Assembly (NCBI GenBank): GCA_019828565.1
Contig: JAHDYR010000025.1
Location: 806,001-870,000, forward strand
Source of the DNA: Carpediemonas membranifera BICM
Lineage: Eukaryota; Protista; Fornicata
Direction of reading: 5' to 3'
DNA length: 64,000 nucleotides
Shown: in pieces, positions 50,353 to 59,406 of the stretch
How positions within the stretch are numbered: the first letter of the stretch is position 1
Layout of the letters: every line of letters begins with the position of its first letter
Translations under genes and position numbers: made by a program
Notes under the pieces: model-generated
What the model was told of the DNA's origin: nothing
Database searches by the model: none
The model's input: only the letters and a program-made list of their open reading frames with translations

Positions 50353-51335
50353 CAAACGAAATGAAGCTTGCTGCGTTCTTCCTGCTGGCATTCGTTGCTA
50401 CCGTGTACGCCACCGGTGTTAGAACCGTCAACGACGAAGAATTCGTCTTCGGCGTCACCGAGCTCGCCCACCTCGGCACCGAGGAGAAGATGACGGGCGA
50501 GGAGGCCTACCAGTTCATCCTTGGTATCGTTGAGGGCATTGGTGGCGATCTTGGCCACGATGCCGAGCAGTGCCTCTCTGATTCGTACGAAGCGCTCAAC
50601 TACTTCATCGATGGCTACAACGAGCTCGTTCAGAACGACGCGCCCCTCAAGTTCGCCAGAGACTGCGGCCGTGGCCTCGAGGAGATCTACTCCGCCGTCA
50701 AGGCATGCGGCTCCGCCGAGGGCGACATCAAGAACGCCGCTGAGCTCCTGCTCTCCGGTGGCCTCTCCGTCGTCTGGCACGCTGGAATCAGCCTCGTGAT
50801 CCACGGCGTTGAGATCTACCACTGGGTCAAGGACTGTTACGAGAGCTTCGAGGGCGGCTCCTACAACCAGGCTGGCCGTGACATCGGTGACATCATCTCG
50901 ACCCTTCTCTAAACATCGTGTTGCGAGTATCTTGACGGTATGCCTGGTAGAGGGCTTGTATCGCATTGGCTGAGCTGCGTGCTTCGCTGCCATAGACCGA
51001 AGTCACTGGGCCCGAACCCAGCAACTGGAGGTCGATTACGGGGAGAAAACAACGTGATCGCACCTTTCTAGTGATGTACTGTCCCCTCCCAGCATCTTCC
51101 CAAAATTGGTATTGTGTGGTGGCGTCACGATGACCGTGCACTTTAGCAGATGTGCACTTTAAGTACTGTCACGGTGTCCATGGCTTTGCGAATGTCGCAC
51201 ACTTCCAGCTCTGGACCGATTTTGACCATGCGTATTGTGAGGCCCCCATCTGGAAAAGTTTGATGAAAACAACGTGATTGTGCTTGGAAGGAGGTGCCAA
51301 GGTAGTATACGTTCAGTTTGGATTCAATGGGGATG
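50353..51335. repeat. Left arm of 983-bp inverted repeat (partner 52048..53030)
   Basis: Reverse-complement identity by inspection, with boundary coordinates summing to 103383. Identical ORF translations appear on opposite strands. Confidence 0.92.
50361..50912 (+). CDS. Secreted small helical Cys-containing protein B (paralogue of A)
   Basis: Signal peptide MKLAAFFLLAFVATVYA. Shares EFxFGVT, FILGxVEG, SGGLSxVxHAGxSLVxHGVxIYHWVKDCYE and AGRDIGDII with A. Confidence 0.88.
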   Translation: MKLAAFFLLAFVATVYATGVRTVNDEEFVFGVTELAHLGTEEKMTGEEAYQFILGIVEGIGGDLGHDAEQCLSDSYEALNYFIDGYNELVQNDAPLKFARDCGRGLEEIYSAVKACGSAEGDIKNAAELLLSGGLSVVWHAGISLVIHGVEIYHWVKDCYESFEGGSYNQAGRDIGDIISTLL

Positions 51336-52047
51336 TTTTATGAGATATTTGGGCGTTTAAGTGTGGAATGAGAGAACGACGATCCGAAAACGAAGATCAT
51401 GTACTTAAATGAGTGAAAAACGAGATATCGTTGAAGCGCCACAACATAGTGTCGTCATTATTGAGAACGCAGTTTATCAGACCTTCGGGTGAAGAGAGTC
51501 GGGCAAACCTGTGGGCACAGGGCCTTGGGACTCTACATGTCAGTATACTAGGAATACAGGGTGGCTGCTGGTTTATACAGGTTCGTTGGCCTCAACGCAG
51601 TCTTGATGAGCGGCATACGACTCAACCGTGCAGAAGACTCAACAGCACTAGGGCCGGAAGAAACATGGTCGAGGCACCTACTAGTAGCTTTCTAGCAGCG
51701 CTACACCGTGTTACCCATGACCACAGGCAGCTGATAGCGTCCATCTCCAAGTACCTCCAAGCATGAGTTTCGACGGTGCAAAAAAGACTGTAGCTACGCT
51801 CCATGCGATCGTAGAATCGACATGCAGATGCCCTTTGGTTCTGTGCATGCGCGTAGCCATAAATCCTGAACCCGGCCAACGAGACTAGCAGTGCAGGCTA
51901 ATGTACGAGCTGCTGGAGAAGCAATGAGCAATGTTTGCCATGGAAAACCGTCACGAATACCGTTCTAACGTCATAACCAGTCAATTGCGTAAGTTTGAGC
52001 GCCAGAGCACTCATTAATTTGTCTATCGATCGAGAACAGCTGGGAGG

Positions 52048-53030
52048 CATCCCCATTGAATCCAAACTGAACGTATACTACCTTGGCACCTCCTTCCAAG
52101 CACAATCACGTTGTTTTCATCAAACTTTTCCAGATGGGGGCCTCACAATACGCATGGTCAAAATCGGTCCAGAGCTGGAAGTGTGCGACATTCGCAAAGC
52201 CATGGACACCGTGACAGTACTTAAAGTGCACATCTGCTAAAGTGCACGGTCATCGTGACGCCACCACACAATACCAATTTTGGGAAGATGCTGGGAGGGG
52301 ACAGTACATCACTAGAAAGGTGCGATCACGTTGTTTTCTCCCCGTAATCGACCTCCAGTTGCTGGGTTCGGGCCCAGTGACTTCGGTCTATGGCAGCGAA
52401 GCACGCAGCTCAGCCAATGCGATACAAGCCCTCTACCAGGCATACCGTCAAGATACTCGCAACACGATGTTTAGAGAAGGGTCGAGATGATGTCACCGAT
52501 GTCACGGCCAGCCTGGTTGTAGGAGCCGCCCTCGAAGCTCTCGTAACAGTCCTTGACCCAGTGGTAGATCTCAACGCCGTGGATCACGAGGCTGATTCCA
52601 GCGTGCCAGACGACGGAGAGGCCACCGGAGAGCAGGAGCTCAGCGGCGTTCTTGATGTCGCCCTCGGCGGAGCCGCATGCCTTGACGGCGGAGTAGATCT
52701 CCTCGAGGCCACGGCCGCAGTCTCTGGCGAACTTGAGGGGCGCGTCGTTCTGAACGAGCTCGTTGTAGCCATCGATGAAGTAGTTGAGCGCTTCGTACGA
52801 ATCAGAGAGGCACTGCTCGGCATCGTGGCCAAGATCGCCACCAATGCCCTCAACGATACCAAGGATGAACTGGTAGGCCTCCTCGCCCGTCATCTTCTCC
52901 TCGGTGCCGAGGTGGGCGAGCTCGGTGACGCCGAAGACGAATTCTTCGTCGTTGACGGTTCTAACACCGGTGGCGTACACGGTAGCAACGAATGCCAGCA
53001 GGAAGAACGCAGCAAGCTTCATTTCGTTTG
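52048..53030. repeat. Right arm of 983-bp inverted repeat (partner 50353..51335)
   Basis: Same evidence as the left arm. The unique spacer 51336..52047 is 712 bp. Confidence 0.92.
52471..53022 (-). CDS. Secreted protein B, identical inverted copy
   Basis: Translation is identical to 50361..50912 from MKLAAFF onward. Confidence 0.88.
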   Translation of the reverse strand: MKLAAFFLLAFVATVYATGVRTVNDEEFVFGVTELAHLGTEEKMTGEEAYQFILGIVEGIGGDLGHDAEQCLSDSYEALNYFIDGYNELVQNDAPLKFARDCGRGLEEIYSAVKACGSAEGDIKNAAELLLSGGLSVVWHAGISLVIHGVEIYHWVKDCYESFEGGSYNQAGRDIGDIISTLL

Positions 53031-53103
53031 GTTGTAATGGTTGGTGATTGTGAGATTTTCGAGATTTTTTGTCTGTGTCCTCTACGAGACCAAGGAGAGG
53101 CCG

Positions 53104-53391
53104 GCCAGCCAAGGACGACAGTCATTTACACAAGAACGCCGATGATGTCACCGATGTCGCGGCCGGCGTCGAGCCAGTTCTTCTCCTCGAAGTTCTCGTA
53201 GCAGTCCTTGACCCAGTGGTAGATGTCGACGCCGTGCAGGACGAGGGATACGCCGGCGTGGTAGACGATCGACAGCCCGCCGGAAGAGAGAAGCTCGGCG
53301 GTCTCCTCAATGGCATCCTCGGTCGAGCCGCAGGCGTCGATGGCGTCGTAAATCGCCTGGAGGCCCTCGGCGCAGTCGAGAGCGAACTGCC
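53104..53391 (-). pseudogene. 5'-truncated inverted copy of secreted protein A (matches 49596..49883)
   Basis: 288-bp reverse-complement match (QFALDCAEG...GDIIGVLV* plus 3' flank). It lacks the signal peptide, exon 1 and intron. Confidence 0.85.
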
Positions 53392-53989
53392 AGGTCCTGC
53401 AACATATCAGGCGACTCCTCATCGAACAATATTTGGCGCGTATGCCTTTGCTGATGGAAGGCGCAGTTTCAAATCTTTCAATATATCCGAAACAATGAAG
53501 ATACGGTATTAACACTAATAGTACCTACCGTGTATTCGACATTCTGTCTTTATCTGGCCGTTTCTAGCAGTTATCTGTGTCTGCGGCCACGGCGACGTCT
53601 GTGAGTTCTGAGGTGGGAAGAGACATCAACCGCTTCATTTTCAGTGTTTTCGTCTTCAATATCAGCAGCTCGAATGACGATAGTAGACTCACTTCCGCCC
53701 ATTCTACTTCGTTGCTTGGAGATCTGGAAAAAAATCTCGAAATATGATCGCAGTTTGGATCTTTCTGATTGGCAGTAGTTGCTGTTCAACGCGATTCGTT
53801 GTCAACTGCAATGATGGCCCCGGGCGTTTACCACACCCGTCAGGTCATACCCCAACTCTATCGCGTCCGTTGACATCACCCTCCACCCACGCAACCATGC
53901 TGAGGCACGCTGACCGGGACCAACCATTAATTATTAAGACAAGGCGGTCGGTGACCCCGTTCGCGACTCCACTGAGTGAGGAGCAAACG

Positions 53990-54364
53990 GCTGTGGTTCG
54001 CACTGGGGTTTTGCTGGAGTTACTAGGAGGCGTGTGCCCCACACCGGCGCCGCTCCTTTTCCTAGAGAGGGTCAAGGGGTTTTACCTCGATGGGTCGGTT
54101 CTGATCTGGGTGGCTGAGGGCCGCACCAACTACCGCAGCACTGCCGACGCTGGAGAAGTCCCGGTCGAGGCAACAGCTGCGTCCTTGACGTTCCCCACTC
54201 CTGCCTTCCGCGACGCGTCAGGCCAGTGGTGGTTGCTGGGTCTGCTCGCGCGGGCCATCCTCGCGGCCATGGGCGCGACTAGCCTCGGCAAGAGCGCGCT
54301 GAGACGGGTCGACGAGCCGACGGCGGATGTTGTGGAGCTGACGCCAGCGGACGCGTGGGGCTGA
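53990..54364 (+). pseudogene. Divergent C-terminal fragment of the RCC1-like family (within ORF 53744..54364)
   Basis: GVCPTPAPLLFLERVKGFYLDGSVLIWVAEGRTN...PVEATA...FRDASGQW...ELTPADAW aligns with family tails. The upstream part of the ORF is unrelated. Confidence 0.65.
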
Positions 54365-54535
54365 ATCGTGTGGTCGAGTGACGCGCTGCCCTTTGGTCGG
54401 AGCCAGTTCTCGCACCAATAAACCAACCAGACTGCGTCGACCCATCATGCCTGACACTCTGCGGCGACACGTTTAGCGTCGGGGAGTCGGCAAGTCGTCT
54501 GAATTTGGCCATCACCGAACTGAGCGTTGAAAGCG

Positions 54536-56189
54536 ATGAGCAGCGCTAGTTCCTCGCCATCGGCCATCAGAGATGCGCTGAGCTCCGTATTCCGCGAGTC
54601 GCTCACCGCAACGGCCTCCGTCTCCGGGGACATCCCCTCGTTGCTCCAGTGCGCCTACTCCAGACACTTCGGCGAACAAATGCCCTCGATGCACAAAACA
54701 GATAGCACTGCTACACCAACGAGCGCCCCGTCTCTCGAATCCCTCCTCGCCACGCTCTGCAAGATCCCCCTCTCAAGCCAACCGCGCAAGCCCTCCTCGA
54801 CCGCGCCTGCTCGATCCTCACCAGCGGCCCCCCGCTGTCCATGAACGTCGAGCTCGCGGACGGCGAGGAGCTCCCGGTCGCCATGCACACGCTGAACCAG
54901 GGCGCGGTGTGGGCGTGTCTTATGGGTGGCGGGGCCAACCCAGACCTCGAGGACAGGGTGCTGGACGAGGCTCGAGAGAAGTGGCCAGATGAGACCGAGA
55001 TGTACGACAAGCTCCGCAAGGCTCTCACGCCCGAGGCCAAGTGCCTCTGGTTCCTCTGCCGCAAGTTCTTCTTCACGCTGAACGTCGCCGAGAAGGACGG
55101 CGAGAGCTATCAGTGCAGTGACGAGGATGAGTGTGGTAACTGTTACGGATGTTACCACCACCGCATGTACATGGGCCGACTCTTCATGCTCGACACTACC
55201 AAGCACACCGCCCTCACCAGGGCCAGGATGCCCAGGGCCCTCGAGGTCTACAGCAACTGGATCACCCATATCGCCAGGACGCCCAAGGGTCTGTGGGGCT
55301 GGGGGGAGAACTATTATGGTCAGCTGGGGTTCAAGTCATTGGGTTCGTCGACCCGACCCGCCTCACCTTCCCCAACTGCCCCAAGGTCGCCGAGCGCGAG
55401 GCCAGCCTGCCCGCCTGGGATAAGTACAGGATGGTGACGGATGTGTCGATGGATGGATGGCAGGCGCTCATTCTCACCCCGGTCGGCACTGTCATGGCTG
55501 GTGAGGGTCCAAGAAGGTATGTCGGCCCAGTCGAGGCGAACACCGAACGCTTCCACCCAGTCGCCGTGCCCGCTGGCTTTGTCCCAGATCACATCATGCA
55601 TTTATGGAACAGCGCTGTCATCCTCTCCATGGGCGATCGGCAAATGATCAGTGGAGATAATGAGTATGGCCGGCTGGGACACGGGCACGAGAACGAGATG
55701 ACTGGCTTCGAGGAGCTGCCCTTCAGGGTCGACCGGATACCAAGCATTGGGCTAGATAATACCTTCAATTACTTCCTCAGCGGCCACCAGCTGCTGTTCG
55801 CTGGTCTAGTTCGCCCTCATATCGCCCAGTCGGGCCTGCTGCCAGGGTACAGTGAGTACGCTCGCTGCCTCACAGCCACCCCATTCCGCTTCCCAAAGAA
55901 AGTCAGGGGGTTCTATTGCCAAGAGTCGACTCATGTCTGGGTCACTGATGGCCATACTCATTTCTGCAATTACGACAAGCAGTACGCTGTGCCCTTTGAG
56001 GTGACAGTATTTGGAAATCAGTGGGTTAGTGACAGCGACGTCCTCTCGTTCCGCAACTCCACCGGCCAGTGGTTTGAGGCGAAGACGGTGTCTGATGGGG
56101 TGGCTGAGATGGTCGAGTGCGAGACACCGTTTGCTTGGCAGATGCACAAGATCACCCCAGTCGACGTCGACCCGTGGGTCAAGCAGTAA
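54536..56189 (+). pseudogene. RCC1-like family copy 7 (type-B; frameshifts near 54770 and 55339)
   Basis: Split over ORFs 54527..54844, 54841..55437 and 55149..56189. Ends ITPVDVDPWVKQ*. Confidence 0.85.
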
Positions 56190-56303
56190 ACGATAATAGA
56201 ACCCATGCCGCGAGTGGGTTGACCCAGCGCCACTACTCAGCCCCGACGGCAGTGCCACCCCACCACAGTTGGACCGGTCACAACACACACTTGACATGCT
56301 ATG

Positions 56304-56310
56304 ATTTACT
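56304..56310 (-). terminator. Putative polyadenylation signal AGTAAAT overlapping the OYE stop
   Basis: The same AGTAAAY motif occurs at or just after several other stops and resembles the Giardia AGTRAAY signal. Confidence 0.55.
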
Positions 56311-57461
56311 CATTCCTTGAGGTCCTTGACACACCGGATTGACACCTTGTTCTGGAAGCTGTACGGCATGCACTTGAAGCAACTGTTGCACTTGATCTTG
56401 AGGCCCTCGTCGGCGAACATCTGGTTCACAACATCCGGCTGGGCGATGAAAGGGCGTGACATCGAGACGGCATCACAGAACCCGCCCTCAATCAATTGGT
56501 TGGCACCTGCGACGGAACGGATGCCGCCGACAGAAATGACGCGCATCTTGTCGCCCACAGCCTGCTTCACGGCCTTGGCGTACTCCTTGAAGTAGCCCTG
56601 GTTCTCGACCTTGTAATGGTTACCCTTGCGGATGGGCATCGCCTTCGGGCCGGCAATCTGGGAGCCGCCGCTGACCTCAACAGTGTCGACCACGTCGACG
56701 AGCTTCTTGATGATCTCCACGCTCTGGGCGATGGTGTGGCCCTTCGCTTCAATCTGAAGCTCGCCCTCATGGAGGCAGTCGTCGCCGTTGAGCTTCATCA
56801 GCACGGGGTAGTCGGGGCCAACGGCCGCACGGATCTTGCAGGCGATGTTGCAGAGGAACAGGGTGCGGTCCTCGCCGTACTTGTCTGTGCGGTTGTTAGT
56901 GAGATCGGACAAGGATTGGTTGACGAGGTAGCCGTGGGCGGCGTGGATCTGGACGCCGTCGTAGCCGGCGATCTCCTTGCAGCGGATAGCAGCCTGGACG
57001 AAGCCGTCCTCAATGGCCTCGATCTCCTCGATGGTCATGACGTTGTGGGGCATCTCCATGGGAGGGACAGTCTCGCTGAAGACCTGACGCACAAGGTTGG
57101 GGAAGGGAGGGGCGGCGGCACCGCTGTGGTTGATCTGAGCGACCACAGGGGTCTCCTCAGCATGGCAGGCGTCGACGAGGGCCTTGTGAGTTGCAACCAT
57201 CTCGTCGGTGGCAAGACCAGCCTGGTTGAAGCCGGTGACGCCGTTGCGCTCCTCATCGAAGAACATGCAAGTGGTAATGATCATACCAACACCGCCCTTG
57301 GCAAGATCGGCGTAATACTTCACCATCTCCTCGCTCACGTTTCCATTGGGCTCAGCAAGACCTTCCCAGGTTGCAGAGCGCACCCAACGGTTGAGAGCAA
57401 GTAGGTTCTGGTTATACTCAATACCGGTGAAGCAAGTAGTTGGCTGGGCCTTGTAGGACAT
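56310..57461 (-). CDS. NADH:flavin oxidoreductase / Old Yellow Enzyme family protein (prokaryotic type)
   Basis: NRWVRSATWE, YYADLAKGGVGMIIT, AQINHSG, GYDGVQIHAAHGYLVNQSLS..TNNRTDKYG, VGGIRS, SMSRPFIAQP and C-terminal CNSCFKC...C. ATG at 57461. Confidence 0.92.
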   Translation of the reverse strand: MSYKAQPTTCFTGIEYNQNLLALNRWVRSATWEGLAEPNGNVSEEMVKYYADLAKGGVGMIITTCMFFDEERNGVTGFNQAGLATDEMVATHKALVDACHAEETPVVAQINHSGAAAPPFPNLVRQVFSETVPPMEMPHNVMTIEEIEAIEDGFVQAAIRCKEIAGYDGVQIHAAHGYLVNQSLSDLTNNRTDKYGEDRTLFLCNIACKIRAAVGPDYPVLMKLNGDDCLHEGELQIEAKGHTIAQSVEIIKKLVDVVDTVEVSGGSQIAGPKAMPIRKGNHYKVENQGYFKEYAKAVKQAVGDKMRVISVGGIRSVAGANQLIEGGFCDAVSMSRPFIAQPDVVNQMFADEGLKIKCNSCFKCMPYSFQNKVSIRCVKDLKE

Positions 57462-57837
57462 TTGTTTCTTTCGAGATTCCAAGCGATGATTCCAGGTCCC
57501 GGAGTCGAAATGGGGTCAAGATTCGAATATCACAGACCGAATCTACCGATCAAGCCATGTAGCGGCCACAACGAACATGCATTTAGGTTTTGTTTAGTCT
57601 GCTTCTGTCCTCGCAGCAAGGGTGGGCCGACTTGCCCCGAGTCGTCACCACAGGGCCAGCATGCAGGAAGAGAGCCCATCCAGGTAACGTATGACTACCG
57701 GCGTATGACTGCCAGAGTCTTCCCTCGTGTCGCCAGCAGTATTTACAACCGAACTGGACACTGTCTTCCCTCGAATCCCTCGCGGCCCTCGAGCCAACTG
57801 TCTCGAGTGCCAGTGGGGCTCCGGGCAGTAGTTCCGC

Positions 57838-58878
57838 TCACCGCTGGACAACCCGCTTCTCCCCATTGGCGTCATAGACCTCCACTCGGCCGTCAAGGTG
57901 ACTCTCAACCTGACCTGTTGCAGAGAATAAATGAATGGCCGCACCGTCTGCAGCAGTGAACGTTAGCGTCCCCACGTCGGCATAGAGGTAGAGCTGCGCC
58001 CCATCAGGCCAGGTCCGCTTCAAATCACCGTTGAAGAACGTCACGAACTCTTCACCGGAGGGCAAGATGTACTTCACCGATCCGTTGCTAAACTGCACCG
58101 ACTTTGCCCCAGAGTCGTATCTGACTCCGATCCTGTCGTTAGTCTGCCGCACCTCGGCCTCTCTGTCCTTGCAGTACTCGGCGATGTCCCTGTCGACGGC
58201 GGCCCGCATAGCCTGCGGTGAGGGGTACGGCAGGGTCTGGAGGAGGCGGGCGTACTGTCTGGCGCCCTCTCTGAGTTCCTCGGTGTGTTGCTTGGCTCTA
58301 GTTTCCTTTGCTGCGGCGAGGGCGCTGGCTTCTTCGTCGAGGCGGGCGAGTTCTGCCTGCTGTAGCCTGAGTTTGACTTGAAGGGCCTCGGACTCGGACT
58401 CTACACTGGCTATATCATCTTTGATGGCTGCCAGGCTTTGCTCTGTGCGTCGGTCGGCCTCGGCTGCCTGTTGCTGGAGGGTGACTAATGCCGCCTCGGC
58501 CGCGATGATCTTGTCCTGCAGTCCTGATAGTTGCGCTTGAAGGGAGGCGATGTTCTCCTGTATATCCTTACCTTCAAGCGCGTCGGACTCGGCATCTGCG
58601 GCTGCTTTGGCTCGAGCAAACTCGTTGTCCAGGAGTTGACGACGGCGCTGAAGACGCTGTTCGGCTGCTTCGGTGTCAAACGACGGCTTTTTGTTCATAG
58701 GTGCTGGATTAGACCCGTTTTCTTCCGATTTAGGGGTATTTTGCTGCAAATTGGTTACAACAGGCGATTCCAGAACACCACGAATGTCACCAGCATGTAG
58801 TATCTCTCCAACCTCCTTCTCTTGCGACTCATAGTCCTCATCAAACGCGAACAGCTCGTCCAGGTCCGCGTCTGACAT
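57838..58878 (-). CDS. SAS4: Coiled-coil plus TCP10/G-box domain protein (centriolar SAS-4/CPAP-like)
   Basis: C-terminal VQFSNGSVKYILPSGEEFVTFFNGDLKRTWPDGAQLYLYAD...IHLFSATGQVESHLDG matches the CENPJ Tcp10_C repeats (VTFFNGDVK). Probable start MSDADL. Confidence 0.8.
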   Translation of the reverse strand: MSDADLDELFAFDEDYESQEKEVGEILHAGDIRGVLESPVVTNLQQNTPKSEENGSNPAPMNKKPSFDTEAAEQRLQRRRQLLDNEFARAKAAADAESDALEGKDIQENIASLQAQLSGLQDKIIAAEAALVTLQQQAAEADRRTEQSLAAIKDDIASVESESEALQVKLRLQQAELARLDEEASALAAAKETRAKQHTEELREGARQYARLLQTLPYPSPQAMRAAVDRDIAEYCKDREAEVRQTNDRIGVRYDSGAKSVQFSNGSVKYILPSGEEFVTFFNGDLKRTWPDGAQLYLYADVGTLTFTAADGAAIHLFSATGQVESHLDGRVEVYDANGEKRVVQR

Positions 58879-59263
58879 GCTCCTGCGGCCACTGCCTTCT
58901 CGACTCGACAACGAGTCGAAGATTCGAAAGGCAGGAGCCACGCAATAGTAGTAGTAGAGGTGCAACACATGGTGCAACTCTTCCCATCAATGCCTGCCGG
59001 GGTCAGGATCCCTCTGTCAGTGGCTGCTCGTAAATGCCAATCGGCATCTTCAACAACCCGTGGCTGTACTCTCACACAGCCACCAGACGAGGCCGGGGCA
59101 GCCTGGTAGGTCAACGATATTATACAGAAGCGGTCAAGTTGGGGTTGCCCCTAAGACTAAGCCACCGCAGACCTTTTCAAGGAAAAGAGGGGTGGCGCCA
59201 GGTCCATCTTCTGTCTCAAGGATCGGGCCAACTCCTGTGGATGAGCATGCAATAAAACAGTGT

Positions 59264-59347
59264 TTAATCCTGGGTCCACGGGTCGACATCGACGGGGGTG
59301 ATCTCGTACACTTTCCAAGCAGCCGGCGTCTCACGCTTGACCACCTC
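59264..59347 (-). pseudogene. Short 3'-terminal remnant of another RCC1-like family copy
   Basis: Reverse strand reads EVVKRETPAAWKVYEITPVDVDPWTQD*. The downstream flank (CTTCTGTCTCAAGG, 59208..59221) resembles that of copy 3 (about 11455). Confidence 0.75.
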
Positions 59348-59406
59348 ATTGGGTCAACCCACTCGCGGCAGGGTCTAATGGAATTATCTAATGGAACTAG
59401 TATCAT

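Noticed and set aside
50913-52470. Short ORFs in the palindrome arms and spacer (50893..51141, 51413..51766, 51995..52240, 52242..52490), and small direct repeats (TAAAGTGCAC x2, ATCACGTTGTTTTC x2)
   Set aside because: The ORFs have non-ATG starts, lack host codon bias and show no motifs. Their duplication is explained by the inverted repeat, and the repeats are too few to define an array.
53571-53702. 43-aa ORF MGGSES...RRRRGRRHR (possible myristoylation site and basic tail)
   Set aside because: It is too short, has no homology evidence and lies in a rearranged junction region.
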